Shown here: positions 56,223 through 64,000 of the stretch, in pieces
Layout of the letters: the number at the start of each line of letters is the position of its first letter
Position numbering within the stretch: the stretch's first letter is position 1
NCBI GenBank assembly: GCA_951406725.2
Contig: OX597820.1
Span: 63,178,001 to 63,242,000, forward strand
Length of the DNA stretch: 64,000 bases
From: Octopus vulgaris
Taxonomy: Eukaryota
Reading direction: 5' to 3'
The notes under the pieces: generated by a model
Told to the model about the DNA's origin: nothing
Databases searched by the model: none
The model's input: the letters and a program-made list of their open reading frames with translations, nothing else
Position numbers and translations under genes: made by a program

Positions 56223-56264
<42 letters not shown>

Positions 56265-57186
56265 TATATGAACAGACACACACATACACACACACGCACA
56301 TATACACGCGTGCACACACAATAATATTCATATAAATTTTTCTCCATATATATTCATATATATTTGTTCAGGGGTTCGCTTCATGGGTATTTCCTGTTTT
56401 CTTCACGATTAGCGTATAAGTTTATTTATTCGGATTGTTTGAAATATAATCGCCATGATTAGGTGTGTGTGGATTGTATGGATAATGGTTTGTAATTTGG
56501 AACAAAAAAAAACTGTAAACAAAGCTTAAATGAAATATATATGCGTGTGTGTGTGAGAGAGAGAGAGAGTGTGTGTTTGCATGTATTTATGTATGTATGT
56601 ATTGATATATATATATACAGGGATGAATGTTTATCGGACACTATTGTGTAAACGAAAAGGGATGAAGAAAAAGGGAGACAACACAGGGGAAGCGGTAGTG
56701 TGCACAATAAAGAATCCCATCCTGTATATGAATAAACGAACGCTCGCTCACATGTACGTTTGTGAATAATATTTCATGCGAATTCTTAATAACCTTGCAT
56801 TTAATCTTGCTATGCAAATATTCTGTGTAGTTAAACCGCTGAGTTCTCTCCAGAGATCTGAACATCGAACAATCTCGATGATTTTATCCGATCGTTATCA
56901 GAATGTGAAGGATGTTTTATTCATCAGCTCTAGAGAGTGCGACAGTGGTTTACATTTGCTTATAATATGCGCTGAGCAACCGCTGCTGCTTTTCCTAGTG
57001 AGCATATCATTACATCCGTGGTTGTTGCAGATTAATTAAGGAAGCTGCTGATAAATTAGTACTGTGAATGACTTTATAATTGGATTTACATGCGTAAAAA
57101 AATACTTCGTCTTCCTATGAAAATTTGTCCTGTGGTTAAACGATATTTTGATGTACAAAATCGTAAAATAATCAGTGAGATACGTA

Positions 57187-57770
57187 AGGCGGCGAGCTGC
57201 CAGAACCGTTAGCACCCCGGGCGAAATGCTTAGCGGTACTTCGTCGGCCTCTACGATCTGAGTTCAAATTCCGCCGAGGTCGAATGTGACTTTCATCCTT
57301 TCGGGGTCGATAAATTAAGTACCAGTTACGCACTGGGGTCGATATAATCGACTTAATCCGTTTGTCTGTCCTTGTTTGTCCTCTCTGTGTTTAGCCCCTT
57401 GTGGGTAGTAAAGAAATAGGTATTTCGTCTGCCGTTACGTTTTGAGTTCAAATTCCGCCTAGGTTGACTTTGCCTTTCATCATTTCGGGATCGATTAAAT
57501 AAGTACCAGTTACGAACTGGTGTCGATATGATCGACTTATTCCGTTTGTCTGTCCTTGTTTGTGCTCTCTGTGTTTAGCCCCTTGTGGGTACTAAAGAAA
57601 TATATATTTTGTCTGTCTTTACGTTCCGAGTTCAAATTCCGCCGAAGTCAACTTTTCCTTCCCTTGTTTCGGTGTTGATGAATTAAGTATGTGTTGCGTA
57701 CTGAGGTCGATCTATGTGACTACTCCCCTCCTCCAAAATTTCGGGCCTTGTCCCTAGAGTAGAAGAGAAT
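57187..57770 (+). mobile_element. SINE family A with three tandem bodies behind one head
   Basis: Bodies restart near 57420 and 57605, each after aaagaaata. Confidence 0.85.
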
Positions 57771-58117
57771 GAGTGAGTTAGGTTTAATTTTTCATGAGTG
57801 TTTTAATATTGAAAATTTTGTATACTCACGTAAGGCACAGTAGGATACCTACACGTAGATACTAATAAACCGACACACTTTTGTACTAGGGTCTCTATGG
57901 CATATTCTTTTATTCGTTTGCTTGTTTCAGTCATTTGCGTGTGGCCATCCTGGAACACCGCCTGCTGGAACAAATCGATCAGAACCTAGTGCTTAATCCT
58001 TCTGTATCATATGTTAAACCGCTAAACGGGGACACCAGCATCGGTTGTCAAGCGATGGTAGGGGGACAAACACAGAAACACACTTAAATATATGCATACA
58101 AACATACATACGTACAT

Positions 58118-58151
<34 letters not shown>

Positions 58152-58703
58152 GTATATGTGTATATGCAGTAGGACTGAATCCAGAATCATGTGGTTGGGA
58201 AGCAAGCTGCTTTATTTCTATTTAGTGGTGTGAACAACACTGACAACACGCATGCGCTTGAAGAAAGCACCTGTATTACATTATATTAGCCATAAAGGCC
58301 TTATAGAGAGAAACAAAGCTGCGGGCTGGATATACGCATAATGTTATATGAAATGAACAATTAAAATGATGATTAATGACGGCAACAAGCGACGCCCGTC
58401 GATCGTTGTTTACCAGCGATCATTGATCTCTTATAATTTATTCATGAAGCAACAAACCTTTTACACTGACTCAAAAGTATTGTAAAGGTTGCAAGACGCA
58501 ACGAAAATTTTTGGAAAATATAAATAAGAAATAAGTGTAAATTTTACCGGTGAGTGTGTTAATTTATAAGGCACAAAATGAAAATGACTCTCTCCCCAGA
58601 CACAACAGAACATGCTTCAACACACGGACTCACATAAAGAATCTTGCAAGCCAAATCAAAAGCGAAATATATATATATAAGTATTTATGTATGTATGTAT
58701 ATG

Positions 58704-58738
<35 letters not shown>

Positions 58739-58928
58739 ATTATTATTATTATTAGATACATATACTAATCTATATGCTTTGTATATTTTTCGGTGGCTCC
58801 AATGGCGTACCGGAGTATATAACTCTCATGCCGCGGTGATAAAACACCCTAGAACTGTTTTATCACTGCCGACATTAGTAGATGTATTTAGTAATAGTTT
58901 TTACACAAGAGCTGCGTTTGCTGCATAC

Positions 58929-58990
<62 letters not shown>

Positions 58991-60276
58991 GTATGTGTTT
59001 ATGTAGTATGTGTACATGCGTGCGCATGTATTTGTATATTCTTTAGAAGATAAATTCCCGATTCTTCTATTCCATTTATTTTTCTCCCTGCATTGTCTAT
59101 GTATAATAACCAGTATTTAAAAAAAAATATTTCATTGTACATTTTCTAAAGAAAATATCCCAGTTGACTGTTAAGGTGACATGTTCGACGCGAAAGACCT
59201 GTGTTTTTACTGAGTGCGCATAGGTGCGCGCAGATACACACATACACACACACACACACACAGAGTCACACGCAAATATGGATATACTTACAGAGGTGCC
59301 TATGGCTATATGTGATTATATAATGCTAAAAAAGATGAAAACGAATATCTAATTACGTTGAGCAACGAAAACTCCACTTCGTGCTGTGATACGAACACGA
59401 ACTTGGGACGTATTCCAAGAGTTGAAATAGGATTGAAAATCGATTAGCCCTAATAAAAGATGAAATATGAAAATCAGAATTAGCTGACAACAACTATAAG
59501 AAAAGAAACATCATACACCGCTTTGGAGTAACAATTGCACTGAATATAAAGAATTACAGTGAAAACGGAGAAACAAATCGAAGACAATCTAGACATAACG
59601 CTTACAGATGATTCTTGCTGCAAGCCTAGAGCTGATTGTAACTCAATATCGACTTTGATCTTTTTATCATTCGCTGGTCGATGATATAAGCATCTGTTAA
59701 GTTCTGGGGTCGATACATTCGACTATCTCTAGTTTAGCCAAAAGTTGTGTCATTGTACCTCCTATGTTAGAAATCAATATATTTCTGATATTACAAAATA
59801 TTCCTTGTTATTCTTGAAAACTTCCTCTTAGATGTACCAATGCATTCGGTACGAAGATATTCTTTCAATTTTGTTGATTTTGTTTTTGTTCTTTTGAGCC
59901 TCTGGATAAGTGAAGTACGAACACGATGACTTTTGATGAGAATCGAAGTTTCCATTCCTCGGCATGGTGGTTCGAAAGCATCTAGGACTGTGAGTATTTG
60001 GTCATTCTCATGTCTGTTCTGATCAAGCAGAGCAACGTTGAATGCTGATCCAATCAAATCCGTGACTGGAAATGAAGCAAAATTCGTTTTCTATTTCCAT
60101 TAACTAGTTCGACTGATTGCATAAATGACTTGTCCATGTGAATGAAAACATGAAGCTATCAGATAACTAACAATCTAATAACGGCATAGATATATACACT
60201 TATGCACAACCAGAGAACAGATACACGCGCGTAAGCACAAACGCGTACGCGCTTGCAAACACTTGAACACACACAC

Positions 60277-60316
<40 letters not shown>

Positions 60317-60323
<7 letters not shown>

Positions 60324-60380
60324 TGAGGGTACTACTATTCGTAGATACCTTACTACGAAAAGTAGTACCCTCAATATAAT
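60317..60380. repeat. 64-nt near-perfect hairpin
   Basis: attatattgagggtactact/agtagtaccctcaatataat (20 bp), one mismatch, ttcgtag/ctacgaa (7 bp), 8-nt loop. Confidence 0.9.
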
Positions 60381-60521
60381 ATAAATAAATATTTTCAAAG
60401 TGGAAAAATTTACGGATTTTTTCTCTTACGAGGTTTTTCACGCTAACTACTGATAATTTCTTTTAAAGATTTTATCCTCAATTGTTAATATATATATATA
60501 TATAAAAGTATGTAAACACAT

Positions 60522-60603
<82 letters not shown>

Positions 60604-61036
60604 GTATGTATGTAAACACATATTCATACACATACATTCATAGAAAGAAGTTGAGAAAGAAATGAGCATAGAATATATTTACATAAGTCGATGTAGGATA
60701 TATATTTCACGATATAATTTTAAATCCTGACACCTGTTTCGATGTATTATGTAAACAGTCGATATTCTTTGCATATCACACTATAAGATGTGAACAATTT
60801 AAGGCAATATTGAACAAAGTATATACGGAAACCTAATATCATATATATATATAAACCTTCATATCACTGTAAAAGTTATTTTATCTATAGTGAAGTAAGA
60901 GGCAATTGCGAGAGAAGAAATAATTCCTGAAAATATGTATTGTTAGAGAGAAGTTAGACAAAGATAGATAAGAACACATACAATATAATGTAATATACGT
61001 TGGACAAAAATGAGGGAAAAGTATAGCGTGATATTA

Positions 61037-61435
<399 letters not shown>

Positions 61436-64000
61436 TTGAGAGAGCAATGCATGCCATCAAAGTGTCACTGGGGTAAAATATACGAAGCCCAGTATACCCA
61501 TCATGACTACCTGTCTGACAGGGAAATACTAGGTACATGCATTACAACCATATGTGCGCAACATGGTGATTTCATATCATGATAAACAGCTCATATTATT
61601 CGTTCACATTCATTTTATAAACTATCCCCTACAACCAGCGATTTCCAAATATGATTCGATGCGAGCAATTACATTCATATTACCAAATGTATACTCACTT
61701 CCCATCCTAAACAACACAAACTAAGGAACTAAATTATTAACGAGCATGAGACCACTTTTGCTTTAAAGTATTTGCTTTCATCTAAATGTGTTCCTGCCCA
61801 GTTATGTTATTCAGTACATAAGAGAGATTGTGTGAATCATTGGTCACATAGGTGTCTTCCGTTGACCCAACAGTTTAGGAATTTTCCAAATCGAGCCGAC
61901 CAAGATAACAGCTTAGTAATTCATATATTACATATAGTTGTTGGTGTTATTTTCCCGAGGAAACTAACTTTTTTCTTTTCCTTTTCAAATCACATACTGT
62001 TTCCATTCCTTCCTTCCTTCCTTCCTTCCTTCCTTCCTTCCTTCCTTCCTTCCTTCCTTTCTTCCTTCCTTCCTTCCTTTCCTTCTATCTTTCATTCACA
62101 CTGCGGGTATATTCCTTAAAAGTTTTCATATAAGACGTAGTTGTTCTGTTAGTAAAAGTTTAGATACTAACATAAAAATCAAACATTAGGTGTTGACTAA
62201 ATTAATTTGTTGGCCTGTCTGTTGCACAAGGTGTGCATTAATTAACAGGTAACAACCTAAACTCAGTTATTGCAACGGACCACAGATGAGTTGTAAATGT
62301 ATTGTATTAATGGTGTCACTAATAATAATAGCGGCTCGTTAGTGTAACTTAAAAGCAGTAACATTATTGTTCCATACCTGTATAGTGTTTAAATTGTTAA
62401 TATTTTATAGAAAATGCTGATTTCGGATTAAATTGATTTACAGTACAGTTCTAAGACAATCTTAGTATTTTAAAGATTACATTTGTTGATTGTTGATAGA
62501 TAGTATTTTTCGGCAACCAATTTTTAACGTCTTAAAATATAGAGATAAGAGAATTAAACTAAACAAATACTAACAAATATTTAGGAATAAGTTGCGTAAA
62601 CCTATGCAAATGTTCACTAGAGTAAGCAGATGAAAATATATCAAATGAGGAACATGATAACTAAATTGAATGGATAGAGACCAACACTGAATGCTAAACT
62701 ATAAATTTATAGGTATACATATTCTATCTATACTTCTATAAGTTATATTTGTGAGGTTCTCAGTTGGACGGTAAAATAAACTACAAGTACTAGGGAGGTA
62801 TGCCAGGAATATAATAACAGCAGATATAATACACGACCTGTAGTTTCTCTTAAACAAGCGTAGAGATTTGTCTGTATCCAGCCGCTGTGAACATATAAAA
62901 TATCTGCTATAGATGCACCACAAAATATTTTGTCAAGACAATGGTGATGCATAGAAATAACCATAATGTAGACGCAAAACAAAGAATACTCTTATCCCTT
63001 CAACTATAAAACACGCTGAGATGTATAAAAACCAATAAAGTGTTTGCAAAAAGAATCACTTTCTATTATTATATGTGTAATTTGAAGGGAAACTGGGATG
63101 GTATATGTTTGTATAAGGTAAGTTTGTATAAGGTTAAAACTTGAAAAATAAGGGCAAAGTGGAAGGAGATAAGAAAATAATGCTCTACGCCTTTAGTTTA
63201 AAGTAAAAAAGAACTTAAAACTGAGAGCATAGGAATTTTATTGGCGGTGCAAAACAGATCTTGAGGATATTAACAGCACACTGATGGAGATTGATAGCAT
63301 AATTTTCAATATATACCATTTATAAATCGATGAATCGAATTATTTCTGAGGGTGCTGTGCTAATGTGTGTGTGTTTATGCGTGTGTGTATTTGGCAGACT
63401 ATCGGATGTTATACATCGCTGCTCACAATCTGCTTCCAATGATACTAACAAATTAGTTAGGCTGACAGGCAAACATTCCACTTGAATGGAAACCCAGTCC
63501 GTCGCACAGTTATCTGTTTAAAGCTGAATGAACTGGATCAACGTGAAATGAAGTATTTTACTGGATATTACAACGCACCGACAGTCTTGAACCTGAACTG
63601 CGGTCTTGCGATAGTGGGTGCAACGCCTTTCCCACAATATATTTGTATTTGCGTGTTTGTGTATTTATAAATATGTGTGTGTGACTGTATACACTGCATA
63701 TATATGTATGCCAGTATGTGCTATATACGTATAAGTTCTCTTTCTCTTATCAATTAAAAAAAAAAATCGATCGGCCACCTATTCTGTAGCAAGATTATGA
63801 AAGAAACCATCTTGCTTTGTTCTCAACCTTTAAATATTAAGGTCTTGCTAACGTTTATATTTCTGGATATCGTGATCATTTATGGTGTATGAATGAAGCA
63901 TTAGCGTTTTCGTCCTCAAGAAACTAAGCTCAGCCATACTGTGCTCTAAGTGGGTTTGTATGCGTCCTCTACGAATGTATGAATGCATGTATGTAAGTAT

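Overview
AT-rich, microsatellite-dense eukaryotic DNA. The tRNA-derived SINE families and the abundance of (TA)n/(GATA)n/(ATT)n tracts suggest a coleoid cephalopod, probably Octopus (inference). Most ORFs in the supplied track are microsatellite read-throughs. The recognisable content is mostly transposons: a near-complete L1/Tx1-clade LINE (34977-41046) sitting inside a (TATC)n tract; three Penelope-like element (PLE) remnants; RTE and CR1 LINE remnants; DD37D, mariner and Tigger/pogo fossils; and about 20 SINE copies from three families. The most interesting signals are: (i) several minimal type-I hammerhead-ribozyme-like motifs, two inside large fold-back palindromes, with core variants that keep the 3-8 pair (C3-G8, G3-C8, U3-A8); (ii) a 0.9-kb unannotated unit with five ATT(G/A)G-N12-TGACGTC modules followed by TATA, Inr, a Kozak ATG, a splice donor and a terminal hammerhead-like motif; (iii) a 44-nt ORF1-ORF2 spacer in the Tx1 element that would splice into an in-frame ORF1-ORF2 fusion; and (iv) phase-compatible exon chains of unidentified, partly decayed host genes. 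Everything was read by eye, with no database search or RNA folding.
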